This document shows positions 19,901 through 28,917 of a stretch of DNA of 64,000 bases, piece after piece (position 1 is the stretch's first letter; every line of letters begins with the position of its first letter). Under the pieces are notes generated by a model. It was not told the origin of the DNA, searched no databases, and worked only from the letters and a program-made list of their open reading frames with translations. The stretch covers positions 5,317-69,316 of the forward strand of contig JAYVIK010000208.1 of the NCBI GenBank assembly GCA_043770265.1. Direction: 5' to 3'. Position numbers and translations under genes: made by a program. This stretch comes from Flavobacterium sp. (GTDB lineage Bacteria > Bacteroidota > Bacteroidia > Flavobacteriales > Flavobacteriaceae).

Positions 19901-20437
19901 GTGATAAACGAAAACTTAATTTCTGATTGCAAAAAAATGCACCGCACCGCTCAGCGTCAGGTGTATGAGCTTATGGCTCCAAAACTCTACCGCACTTGCA
20001 AGCGCTACCTAAAGAAAGAAGAAGAAATAGAAGAAGCTTTGGCCGACGCTTTCTATACTATTTTTACAAAACTCGACCAGCTCAAAGAATATGGCGCTTT
20101 TGAAGCTTGGTCTCGAAAAATTACAGTCAATCATTGTTTGGCAACCATCAAGAAAAGCACCAACTTCAATTTGTATCTCGATGATGTCAAAACCCTTTCG
20201 CAACCTTTTACCGATGAAGTTACGGAACTCGAAGAGGAAGATTTACTGAATTTGCTCAATCACATTCCCGAAGGTTGCAAGACAATTTTTAATCTTTTCG
20301 TTATTGAAGGTTACAGTCACAAAGAAATTGCAACAATGCTCAACATTTCTGAAGGCACATCCAAATCACAATTGAATGCTTCGAAGACAAAACTGAAGGA
20401 ATTAGTAAACAATTTGTATTACCAAAAAGCGAAATAG
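19901..20437 (+). CDS. ECF-type RNA polymerase sigma-70 factor
   Basis: Region 2 (AFEAWSRKITVN) and region 4 (IEGYSHKEIATMLNISEGTSKSQL). Confidence 0.93.
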   Translation: MINENLISDCKKMHRTAQRQVYELMAPKLYRTCKRYLKKEEEIEEALADAFYTIFTKLDQLKEYGAFEAWSRKITVNHCLATIKKSTNFNLYLDDVKTLSQPFTDEVTELEEEDLLNLLNHIPEGCKTIFNLFVIEGYSHKEIATMLNISEGTSKSQLNASKTKLKELVNNLYYQKAK

Positions 20438-20439
20438 TT

Positions 20440-23106
20440 ATGGAAAATCAAGATAAAATATTCGACAAAATAAAAAATGCTTCCCAAAAAGCAGAAGAAA
20501 ATGACTTTCCAGCATTGGAAAAAGTATGGATGCGCGTAGAAGAAAAACTCGACAAAAAAGAAGATAAAAAAGCCATTGCACTATGGAAAAAACTGGCTGT
20601 TGCCGCTTCACTCCTAATGTTTTTTTCTTTGGGTTACCAGTTTCTTAAAACTGATTCAAAAACAACCGCACCAAACGGAACGAAAGAAAATAATGTGGTT
20701 ATTCAAGAAAAACAAGACAAAAATAGCAATGAAAAATCAACAGAAATCATCAAATCGGATGCGGTAGTTATTCTAAAAAAACAGAAAGAAGAACCAGTTG
20801 CTTTAGGTGTTGCAGAAGTTATAATTTCGGAAGCAAATCGTGGAATTGAACCCGTTGCAAGTGTAAAACAAAAAGAAGTTGAACTTAGCAAAGACAAAGA
20901 AGCAACTATAAGCGCTATGAAAGTCGAAGCCATTGCCATAACAGAAAACAATGCCAAAGCTAAAATTACCTCAACTTATGATGCGACAACTAGAACTATT
21001 TCTGGAATCGTTACTGACGAAAAGGATTTACCTCTTCCTGGAGCCAATGTATTTGTTAAAGGCACAACAAAAGTAGTTATAACTGACTTTAATGGAAAAT
21101 TTAGTATTCAAGCTGAAAGAGGAGATAAACTTGTTTTTTCATATATTGGGTATGAAAACAGCTATGCTAGTGTTGGAGAAAATGATAAAATGAATATGAA
21201 ATTGATTAATAATTCAATGGCCCTGAATGAAGTAGTTGTTGTTGCTTATGCCACTCAAAAAAAATTAGATTTTACAGGTTCTGTTCCTATGATTTCTAGT
21301 AATGATTTGAGAAAACAAAAATCAGCAAATGTTAGTCAAACTCTTCAAGGAAGAATTGCGGGTGTTCAAATAGAATCAAAATTTAAAAAAACAGAAAGCC
21401 CAATATTTATTCGAGGTATCGCATCGATTTCAAAATCAACTCAACCTATAGTAGTTGTTGATGGAGTCCCAACAGCATTCCAAGAATTAAACGCAGATGA
21501 TATTCAAAGTATGAAGGTTCTTAAAGATACCGCAGCTACTTCTGTTTATGGGAAACGTGGTGCAAATGGAGTAATTCTAATAACCACAAAAAACGGAACT
21601 TATAAAAATCTTTCTAAAAAAGAATTAGAAAAAAAATTCAAAAAACTGGAAAACAACAAAAAGCCCGAAGAAAAAGTATTGCCTCCAAAATCGATAGAAG
21701 TTTCTGAAGAAGACTATGACAATTTTGTAGAAAATCAATTCGAAAACCCAAAAGCAGCACCACTTTCTACTTTCTCTATTGATGTTGACAATGCTTCTTA
21801 TACCAATGTGAGACGGTTTATCAACAATGGACAAACCGTTCCAAAAGATGCCGTGAGAGTAGAAGAAATGATGAATTTTTTCAAATATAAATATCCGCAA
21901 CCACAAGATGAACATCCGTTTTCGATTAACACAGAGTACAGCGATTGTCCTTGGAATCCAAAACACCAATTGCTAAAAATTGGTTTGCAAGGAAAAAATA
22001 TTCCAACGGAAAGTTTACCCGCTTCTAACTTGGTTTTCTTGATTGATGTTTCAGGTTCGATGAGCGATGCCAATAAATTACCATTATTGAAGCAATCGTT
22101 AAAAATTTTGGTCAACGAACTCAGAAAAAAAGACAACGTAGCCATTGTGGTTTATGCTGGAGCAGCAGGAATGGTTTTGCCTCCAACAACTGGAGATGAA
22201 AAACAAACCATCATCGATGCTTTAGAAAAACTCAATGCTGGTGGAAGCACGGCTGGTGGAGCAGGAATAGAATTGGCTTATAAATTAGCGCAAGAAAACT
22301 TTATCAAAGGAGGAAATAACCGAGTAATTCTGGCTACTGACGGCGATTTTAATGTCGGTTCTTCATCCAATACCGATATGCAAACCCTGATTGAGGAAAA
22401 AAGAAAATCTGGTGTTTTCTTAACTTGCTTGGGTTACGGAATGGGTAATTACAAAGACAGCAAAATGGAAACTTTGGCCGACAAAGGCAATGGAAACTAT
22501 GCTTATATCGACAATATTCAGGAAGCCAATCGCTTCTTGGGAAAAGAATTCAAAGGTTCGATGTTTGCCATCGCCAAAGACGTAAAAATCCAAATAGAAT
22601 TCAATCCAAAACAAGTGCAAGCATACCGATTGATTGGGTATGAAAACAGAAAATTGCGTCCCGAAGATTTTACAAATGATGCTATTGATGCTGGAGAATT
22701 AGGAAGCAATCATACCGTTACCGCATTGTACGAAGTGATTCCAACTGGAGTGAAAAGCGAGTTCCTGAACAACCAACCTGATTTGAAATACACAAAAGTT
22801 GCCACGAACGAAAGTGATTATTCCGATGAACTGGCCACCATAAAATTTCGTTACAAAAAACCAGATGGCGACAAAAGTATCGAAATGGTAAAAGTGATTG
22901 AAAACAAATCCATTCCATTGAAAAATTCTTCTGATGATTTCAAATTTAGTGCCGCCGTGGCTTGGTTTGGATTAAAATTACGAGATTCCAATTTGGTTCC
23001 CAACAAAGCTACGGAAGATATTAAAAAGCTAGCCAAAGAAGGATTGTCGAATGATGATGAAGGTTATAAAGCAGAGTTTGTTCGTTTGGTAGAAACCGTG
23101 AAATAA
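20440..23106 (+). CDS. Multidomain protein: anti-sigma-like N-terminus and TM, carboxypeptidase-regulatory-like domain, TonB-dependent plug, YfbK-type VWA/DUF3520
   Basis: VW.RVEEKL..WKKLAVAAS TM; ISGIVTD..PLPGANV; VLKDTAATSVYGKRGANGVILITTK; STFSIDVDNASY; MIDAS DVSGSM; ATDGDFNVG; DAGELG. Confidence 0.88.
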   Translation: MENQDKIFDKIKNASQKAEENDFPALEKVWMRVEEKLDKKEDKKAIALWKKLAVAASLLMFFSLGYQFLKTDSKTTAPNGTKENNVVIQEKQDKNSNEKSTEIIKSDAVVILKKQKEEPVALGVAEVIISEANRGIEPVASVKQKEVELSKDKEATISAMKVEAIAITENNAKAKITSTYDATTRTISGIVTDEKDLPLPGANVFVKGTTKVVITDFNGKFSIQAERGDKLVFSYIGYENSYASVGENDKMNMKLINNSMALNEVVVVAYATQKKLDFTGSVPMISSNDLRKQKSANVSQTLQGRIAGVQIESKFKKTESPIFIRGIASISKSTQPIVVVDGVPTAFQELNADDIQSMKVLKDTAATSVYGKRGANGVILITTKNGTYKNLSKKELEKKFKKLENNKKPEEKVLPPKSIEVSEEDYDNFVENQFENPKAAPLSTFSIDVDNASYTNVRRFINNGQTVPKDAVRVEEMMNFFKYKYPQPQDEHPFSINTEYSDCPWNPKHQLLKIGLQGKNIPTESLPASNLVFLIDVSGSMSDANKLPLLKQSLKILVNELRKKDNVAIVVYAGAAGMVLPPTTGDEKQTIIDALEKLNAGGSTAGGAGIELAYKLAQENFIKGGNNRVILATDGDFNVGSSSNTDMQTLIEEKRKSGVFLTCLGYGMGNYKDSKMETLADKGNGNYAYIDNIQEANRFLGKEFKGSMFAIAKDVKIQIEFNPKQVQAYRLIGYENRKLRPEDFTNDAIDAGELGSNHTVTALYEVIPTGVKSEFLNNQPDLKYTKVATNESDYSDELATIKFRYKKPDGDKSIEMVKVIENKSIPLKNSSDDFKFSAAVAWFGLKLRDSNLVPNKATEDIKKLAKEGLSNDDEGYKAEFVRLVETVK

Positions 23107-23117
23107 ACTTTTGGTTC

Positions 23118-23150
23118 AGACCTAACAGGTTTTAAAAACCTGTTAGGTCT
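23118..23150. repeat. REP-like palindrome acting as a bidirectional terminator
   Basis: AGACCTAACAGGTTTT-A-AAAACCTGTTAGGTCT, perfect 16-bp arms, between convergent genes. Confidence 0.8.
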
Positions 23151-23158
23151 TTTTATTA

Positions 23159-24487
23159 TTAAACTACAGCATTCATAAACTCCATACGCACACTTCCATC
23201 TTCATCAATTTTTGTCAAATTGATTTCTTGCAAAGTATTCGCTAATGCTGGATTCCAAGGTGTTTTTACACGCACATAATTTTCGGTAAAACCGTGAATG
23301 TATCCTTCTTTATTTTCAGTTTCGAAAAGTACGGTTCTGTAGGTTCCAATTTGGCTTTCATAAAAAGCACGACGTTTTTTTACTGATAATCCACGCAACA
23401 TTTTGCTACGTTTTGCTCGAACATTCGCAGGAACAATGCCTTCCATTTCGGCAGCTTCTGTATTATCCCGTTCTGAATAGGTAAAAACGTGCAAATAAGA
23501 GATGTCTAAATCATTCAAATAATGGTAGGTTTCCAAGAAATGTTCATCGGTTTCGCCTGGAAAACCAACAATTACATCGACGCCAATACAAGCGTCGGGC
23601 ATTACTTCGCGAATTTTATTTACCCGTTCCGTATATATTTCTCTTTGGTAACGGCGTTTCATTAACTTCAGGATTTCGTTGCTTCCGGATTGCAACGGAA
23701 TATGAAAATGCGGCACAAAAGTTCGACTTTTAGATACAAATTCAATAGTTTCGTTTTTCAATAAATTAGGTTCAATGGACGAAATTCGCAATCTTTCGAT
23801 TCCTTCCACTTTGTCCAATTCTTGAACTAATTCTAAAAAAGTATGTTCGTGTTTTTTATTTCCAAATTCCCCTTTTCCGTAATCGCCAATGTTTACACCG
23901 GTCAAAACAATTTCCTTGATTCCTTGTTCTGAAATTTCTTTGGCATTTTTCAGCACATTTTCCAGTTCATCACTTCGGGAAATCCCTCTCGCCAACGGAA
24001 TCGTGCAATACGTACATTTGTAATCGCAACCGTCTTGCACTTTCAAGAAAGCACGAGTTCTGTCGCCAATGGAATAACTTCCTACATAAAAATCGGCTTC
24101 TGCAATTTCGCAAGAATGGACTTCGCCAAAATCATTTTTGGACAAATCATTGATGTAATCGGTAATTTTAAATTTTTCTGTAGCACCCAAAACCAAGTCC
24201 ACTCCATCAACAGCAGCCAATTCTTCGGGTTTAAGTTGGGCATAACAACCTATGGCGGCAACAAAAGCTTTATCATTGAGTTTCATCGCTTTTCGCACGA
24301 CTTGCTTGAATTGTTTGTCGGCATTCTCGGTTACCGAGCAAGTGTTGATAACATACATATCGGCCACTTCTTCAAAATCAACGCGATCGAAACCTTCGTC
24401 CTGAAAACTTCTTGCAATAGTTGAAGTTTCCGAAAAATTCAATTTGCAACCTAGCGTGTAAAACGCTACTTTTTTTCTGTTTTCCAT
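23159..24487 (-). CDS. mtaB: tRNA t6A37 methylthiotransferase MtaB
   Basis: TLGCKLNFSET, INTCSVT, radical SAM motif DGCDYKCTYC, TRAM domain. Confidence 0.95.
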   Translation of the reverse strand: MENRKKVAFYTLGCKLNFSETSTIARSFQDEGFDRVDFEEVADMYVINTCSVTENADKQFKQVVRKAMKLNDKAFVAAIGCYAQLKPEELAAVDGVDLVLGATEKFKITDYINDLSKNDFGEVHSCEIAEADFYVGSYSIGDRTRAFLKVQDGCDYKCTYCTIPLARGISRSDELENVLKNAKEISEQGIKEIVLTGVNIGDYGKGEFGNKKHEHTFLELVQELDKVEGIERLRISSIEPNLLKNETIEFVSKSRTFVPHFHIPLQSGSNEILKLMKRRYQREIYTERVNKIREVMPDACIGVDVIVGFPGETDEHFLETYHYLNDLDISYLHVFTYSERDNTEAAEMEGIVPANVRAKRSKMLRGLSVKKRRAFYESQIGTYRTVLFETENKEGYIHGFTENYVRVKTPWNPALANTLQEINLTKIDEDGSVRMEFMNAVV

Positions 24488-24607
24488 AAAATATCTCAAT
24501 TAATGAAATCGTTGTCAAAAAATTGAGGTTGCAAATTTACATATAAATTGCAAGATTTAAAATTGGATTATCATTATATTTGTAATAAAGTTATAAAATT
24601 AAAAATT

Positions 24608-24850
24608 ATGCAATCGACTAATTTACAAAAAGATAAACTAGACTTAACTGATAAAATCCTTCACACCGAAGACCAAAACAAATTAGATTTCTTAAAAAAT
24701 GTCTTAAATGACGAACCTTTGAAATATCAATTAAGCAAAGAACAAAAAAATATTGTTCGAGAAAGTACCAAAAATTATTTGTCAGGTAATGACAAAGGGA
24801 AATCTTGGGAAGAAGTTAAATCTAATCTACTTTCAAGACGAAATGGGTAA
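24608..24850 (+). CDS. Putative addiction-module antitoxin
   Basis: 80 aa ending KSWEEVK; overlaps the start of a RelE/ParE-like frame; -7 element TATATTTG at 24575-24582. Confidence 0.65.
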   Translation: MQSTNLQKDKLDLTDKILHTEDQNKLDFLKNVLNDEPLKYQLSKEQKNIVRESTKNYLSGNDKGKSWEEVKSNLLSRRNG

Positions 24851-25136
24851 ATTAAAAGAAGTTCTTTCAATTCAAGCCGAAAATGAATTGGAAGATGCAT
24901 TATATTTCTATGATTTAATTTCAACAAAAATTGAAGACTAGTTTTTAAATCAAATCAATGAATGCATCCAGTCTATTTTATTGAATCCAGAAAGTTATAA
25001 ATTAGAATTTGATGTTTATCGTCAAGCAATTGTGAAAAAATTTCTATTTGTAATTATTTACACAAAAATTAATTCCATCATTTTGATTTCTGCCATTTTC
25101 CATACTAGCAAAAATCCAGATAAAAAATTTAGATAA
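24843..25136 (+). pseudogene. RelE/ParE family toxin interrupted by an in-frame TAG
   Basis: MGKLKEVLSIQAENELEDALYFYD...IED*FLNQINECIQSILLNPESY...RQAIVKKFLFVIIY...ISAIFHTSKNPDKKFR*; internal stop at 24939-24941. Confidence 0.8.
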
Positions 25137-25190
25137 TTAACGAACAATAAAAAACCACAACTACCATCGCAATTGTGGTCATATAAATTT

Positions 25191-25465
25191 TTAAATAGCC
25201 TCTAAAAATTCATCAATGAAATTTAAATTAGCATCGATGTAGAGGTAATAATTATAATTTGAGAAAATATGACTATTTTTAATTAATCTCAATTCTATTT
25301 TTATACTTGGAACTGGAATAAAATTGTGGTCAACTACATATGATATTGAATTGTTTTCTATTTTATAACTACCAATATTAAAAATTCATCAGCCTCAATC
25401 CGATTTAAGTACTCTAAAGCCAATAAATATAAATCCTCTTTACTTTTCAACAAATCTAATTCCAT
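25191..25465 (-). pseudogene. Small hypothetical gene split by a frameshift
   Basis: MELDLL...IEADEF continues in a shifted frame as NIGSYKIENNSISY...YYLYIDANLNFIDEFLEAI*; junction at a T5 run (about 25380-25384). Confidence 0.5.
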
Positions 25466-25472
25466 ATTTATT

Positions 25473-26648
25473 TTATTCCTTTCTCCATTTTTTAGTTTCT
25501 TCAAAAACATGCTCCAAAATTTTGGCTTCGGTTTCATCAAAAACTACATTCCTGCGACTCATCACTAATCTAGCCGTTTCAAAAGCTTTTTTGGTAATAT
25601 AAGTAGTAAAACCAGAAGCTCCGCCCCAAGAAAAACTAGGAACAAAGTTGCGAGGAAATCCAGCACCAAAAATATTAGCGCTTACTCCAACTACCGTTCC
25701 AGTGTTAAACATTGTATTAATACCACATTTGCTGTGATCGCCCATCATCAATCCGCAAAACTGAAGTCCAGTTTTTTCGAAACTTTCGGCTTCATAACTC
25801 CAAAGTTTCACTTCTTCGTAATTGTTTTTAAGGTTGGAATTATTACTGTCGGCACCAATATTACACCATTCGCCTAAAACAGAATTTCCTAAAAATCCGT
25901 CGTGTCCTTTATTAGAATAACCAAATAATACAGAATTATTGACTTCTCCACCAATAACTGAATGTGGACCAACGGTTGTTGCTCCATATACTTTAGTTGC
26001 TAACTTTACTCTGCCCGATTCACATAACGCAAATGGTCCACGAATAACTGAACCTTCCATTATTTCAGCATTTCTTCCTATATATATAGGCCCACTAGAG
26101 GCATTTAAAGTAACAAACTCCAATTTTGCTCCTTCCTCAATAAAAATATTTTCTTTGGATATGGTATTAACGCTTTTCGGAACGGGTTGTGATTTTCTGT
26201 CTTCTGTTAATAATTCGAAATCTTCTCGAATCGCAGTATCATTTTTAGAAAAAATATCCCAGGTATGCTCTAATCTTAAACAATCTCCATCGTAATTAAT
26301 AATCTCATAGGTGTCAAAATCTACTTCTTCTTGGTTTTCATCGGTATAAAAAGCGATAACATCCTCTCCTTTAAAAATAGCTTGGTTAGAAGTTAGACTG
26401 CTGACCATTTCCACCAAAATTGCATTAGGAAGAAAGGACGCATTTATCATTACATTCTCTTCCATTTCCACCATTGGATATTTATCCGATAAATATTCCT
26501 CAGTAATAGTTGTAGTTGTAGAACCTAAACGCATTTCCCATTTCTCACGAATTGTTAAAATACCCAATCTAATTTCTGCAACTGGACGTGTAAAAGTAAA
26601 AGGCAATAAAGCGTTTCTTGCTGGACCATCGAAAAGTATATAATTCAT
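25473..26648 (-). CDS. GlmU-family putative sugar nucleotidyltransferase with hexapeptide repeats
   Basis: LLPFTFTRPVAEIRLGILTIREKW N-domain, left-handed beta-helix repeats, NKGHDGFLGNS. Confidence 0.88.
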   Translation of the reverse strand: MNYILFDGPARNALLPFTFTRPVAEIRLGILTIREKWEMRLGSTTTTITEEYLSDKYPMVEMEENVMINASFLPNAILVEMVSSLTSNQAIFKGEDVIAFYTDENQEEVDFDTYEIINYDGDCLRLEHTWDIFSKNDTAIREDFELLTEDRKSQPVPKSVNTISKENIFIEEGAKLEFVTLNASSGPIYIGRNAEIMEGSVIRGPFALCESGRVKLATKVYGATTVGPHSVIGGEVNNSVLFGYSNKGHDGFLGNSVLGEWCNIGADSNNSNLKNNYEEVKLWSYEAESFEKTGLQFCGLMMGDHSKCGINTMFNTGTVVGVSANIFGAGFPRNFVPSFSWGGASGFTTYITKKAFETARLVMSRRNVVFDETEAKILEHVFEETKKWRKE

Positions 26649-26763
26649 CTCAAATTTTTGTTTTTTCAGATTTCAGATTTCAGATTTCAGTGCTATTGAT
26701 TGAAAAATGAAATAAAATCCCTAATTGTTTTTTTAGACAAAGTTACAAAGATTATTGAATAAA

Positions 26764-26789
26764 AAAACTCTCCATAAATGGAGAGTTTT
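26764..26789 (-). terminator. Intrinsic terminator of rpmE2
   Basis: AAAACTCTCCAT / ATGGAGAGTTTT, with a U-tract on the minus strand. Confidence 0.8.
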
Positions 26790-26813
26790 ATATAGTTTGA
26801 TAATAAATAAATA

Positions 26814-27065
26814 TTATTTACCGTGTTTAGCGTATTTAGTTTTGAATTTATCAATACGTCCTGCAGTATCGATAAGTTTAGATTTACCTGTATAAAAAGG
26901 GTGAGAAGTTCTAGAGATCTCCATTTTTACAACTGGATATTCAACACCGTCAACAGTGATTGTTTCTCTTGTATCTGCAGTAGATTTAGTGATAAAAACA
27001 TCTTCATTTGACATGTCTTTAAAAGCAACTAATCTGTAATTTTCTGGGTGAATTCCTTTTTTCAT
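26814..27065 (-). CDS. rpmE2: 50S ribosomal protein L31 type B (Zn-free)
   Basis: MKKGIHP..., SHPFYTGK...DTAGRIDKF; no Cys. Confidence 0.96.
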   Translation of the reverse strand: MKKGIHPENYRLVAFKDMSNEDVFITKSTADTRETITVDGVEYPVVKMEISRTSHPFYTGKSKLIDTAGRIDKFKTKYAKHGK

Positions 27066-27295
27066 CTTTATTTTATTTATTTTTTTGAGTGTTTTAATTT
27101 TGAAGCTTTTTCGACTTTCGAAAAAGGTGTAAATGCAACTACTCGTTTTATTTAAATCCTTTATTTATTTTGAGTGTGCAAATTTACACTAATTTTTCAA
27201 TAATCAAATGTTTAGTTTGATTTTTTTTATAAACGTAAAAAACGATTTTTATCCTTGAATATATTGGGAATTGTTATATTTGTAGCTTATTAAAT

Positions 27296-27847
27296 ATGCT
27301 AGTTATGGAAAAAAGTGTTGCTCCAGCAAAATCTGGAACTGTATTTGGAGTTTTATTTGGAGTTATAATGATTTTAGAATTTGTAATTATGTATGTAATT
27401 GGAATGAAATCATTAGTAAACTCAAGTGTGGGAGTTATAGTAAACATTGCAAATTACCTTATATTACCTGTAGCTTTTATCTTTTTAGGTTCTGATAATT
27501 ACAAAAAAAACATTAATAATGGATTTATATCTTTTAGCGAGTGCTTAAAAATTGGAGTTTCAATTGCTTTAATTGCAGCTATTATTTATGCTACTTTTAG
27601 TGTTGTTTTTAATTTTATATTTCCAGAATTTGTAGACGAAATGATTGCTATGTCAAGAGAAAAAATGATTTCCGAAAACCCTGAAATGAGCAGCGAACAG
27701 CTTGAAATGGGACTCTCGATGGCAAAGAAATTTATGAATCCCTTCATTGTATTCCCTGTTACTCTTGTAATGTTTTCGTTGATTGGTCTAATATATTCAC
27801 TAATTATAGGTGCAATTGTAAAAAAAGAAAAACCACAAAGTTTTTAA
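27296..27847 (+). CDS. DUF4199-like membrane protein
   Basis: Four TM helices, GFISFSECLKIG; lies upstream of a GT2 gene; -7 element TATATTTG at 27275-27282. Confidence 0.75.
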   Translation: MLVMEKSVAPAKSGTVFGVLFGVIMILEFVIMYVIGMKSLVNSSVGVIVNIANYLILPVAFIFLGSDNYKKNINNGFISFSECLKIGVSIALIAAIIYATFSVVFNFIFPEFVDEMIAMSREKMISENPEMSSEQLEMGLSMAKKFMNPFIVFPVTLVMFSLIGLIYSLIIGAIVKKEKPQSF

Positions 27848-27850
27848 TTA

Positions 27851-28804
27851 ATGAATTTATCCCTACTTATTCCGCTTCTCAACGAAGATGAATCGATAAA
27901 AGAATTGTACACTTGGATTATCTCGGTAATGAAGTCGAACAATTATTCTTACGAAGTCATTTTTATTGATGACGGAAGTAAAGATAATTCTTGGACCATT
28001 ATCGAAGAATTAGCCGCCGAAAATCCAAACGTGAAAGCCATCCGTTTTATGAAAAACTTTGGGAAATCGCAAGCCTTACATGCTGGTTTTGCGAAAGCTC
28101 AAGGAGATGTCATCATTACAATGGATGCGGATTTACAAGATAGTCCCGAAGAAATTCCAGGATTATATGAAATGATTACGAGTCAAAATTATGACTTGGT
28201 TTCAGGTTGGAAAAAGAAACGTTACGATTCTGTTTTTGCTAAAAATCTTCCTTCCAAATTATTCAATTGGGCTGCTAGAAAAACTTCGGGTGTACAATTG
28301 AACGATTTTAATTGCGGACTAAAAGCTTACAGAAATGTCGTTGTAAAAAACATTGAAGTTTCTGGCGAAATGCACCGTTATATTCCGGTTTTGGCAAAAA
28401 ACGCAGGTTTTAGCAAAATTGGCGAAAAAATAGTGCAACACCAAGCTAGAAAATATGGCGAAACCAAATTCGGAATGGATCGTTTTGTGAATGGTTTTCT
28501 AGATTTAATCACTATTTGGTTCATATCAAAATTTGGCAAAAGGCCAATGCACTTGTTTGGAGCAATGGGTTCTGTCATGTTTATTATTGGATTTGTTGCG
28601 GCTGGATTTATTGGTTTTATGAAATTATACAAGTTGTATCACGATTTGCCTTATGATTTGGTCACCAACAATCCTTGGTTTTATATTTCGTTGACCACAA
28701 TGATCTTAGGAACACAATTGTTTTTGGCTGGATTTCTTGGGGAAATTATTTTGAGAACCAAGAATAATGAGGAACGGTATAAAGTTTCAAAGGAAATAAA
28801 TTAA
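27851..28804 (+). CDS. Glycosyltransferase family 2 (polyprenol-phosphate glycosyltransferase-like)
   Basis: IDDGSKD, NFGKSQAL, MDADLQD, DFNCGLK, two C-terminal TM helices. Confidence 0.92.
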   Translation: MNLSLLIPLLNEDESIKELYTWIISVMKSNNYSYEVIFIDDGSKDNSWTIIEELAAENPNVKAIRFMKNFGKSQALHAGFAKAQGDVIITMDADLQDSPEEIPGLYEMITSQNYDLVSGWKKKRYDSVFAKNLPSKLFNWAARKTSGVQLNDFNCGLKAYRNVVVKNIEVSGEMHRYIPVLAKNAGFSKIGEKIVQHQARKYGETKFGMDRFVNGFLDLITIWFISKFGKRPMHLFGAMGSVMFIIGFVAAGFIGFMKLYKLYHDLPYDLVTNNPWFYISLTTMILGTQLFLAGFLGEIILRTKNNEERYKVSKEIN

Positions 28805-28806
28805 TA

Positions 28807-28904
28807 GTGTCACAAATTGTGATACCATCAATTCTTTAAGGTCGCAATTTGCGACCTTAAAGAAAAATAAAAAGCCAACTTGAGGACGAAATTTGCGTCC
28901 TCAA
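28807..28904. repeat. Array of three variant palindromes related to the ORF6N internal palindrome
   Basis: GTGTCACAAATTGTGATAC (28807-28825), TTCTTTAAGGTCGCAATTTGCGACCTTAAAGAA (28832-28864), TTGAGGACGAAATTTGCGTCCTCAA (28880-28904). Confidence 0.85.
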
Positions 28905-28917
28905 ACAGTAATAAGCT

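Noticed and set aside
28807-28904. Palindrome array as a mini-CRISPR
   Set aside because: Units differ in sequence, spacing is irregular (centres 32 and 44 bp apart), gaps are too short for spacers, and there are no cas genes
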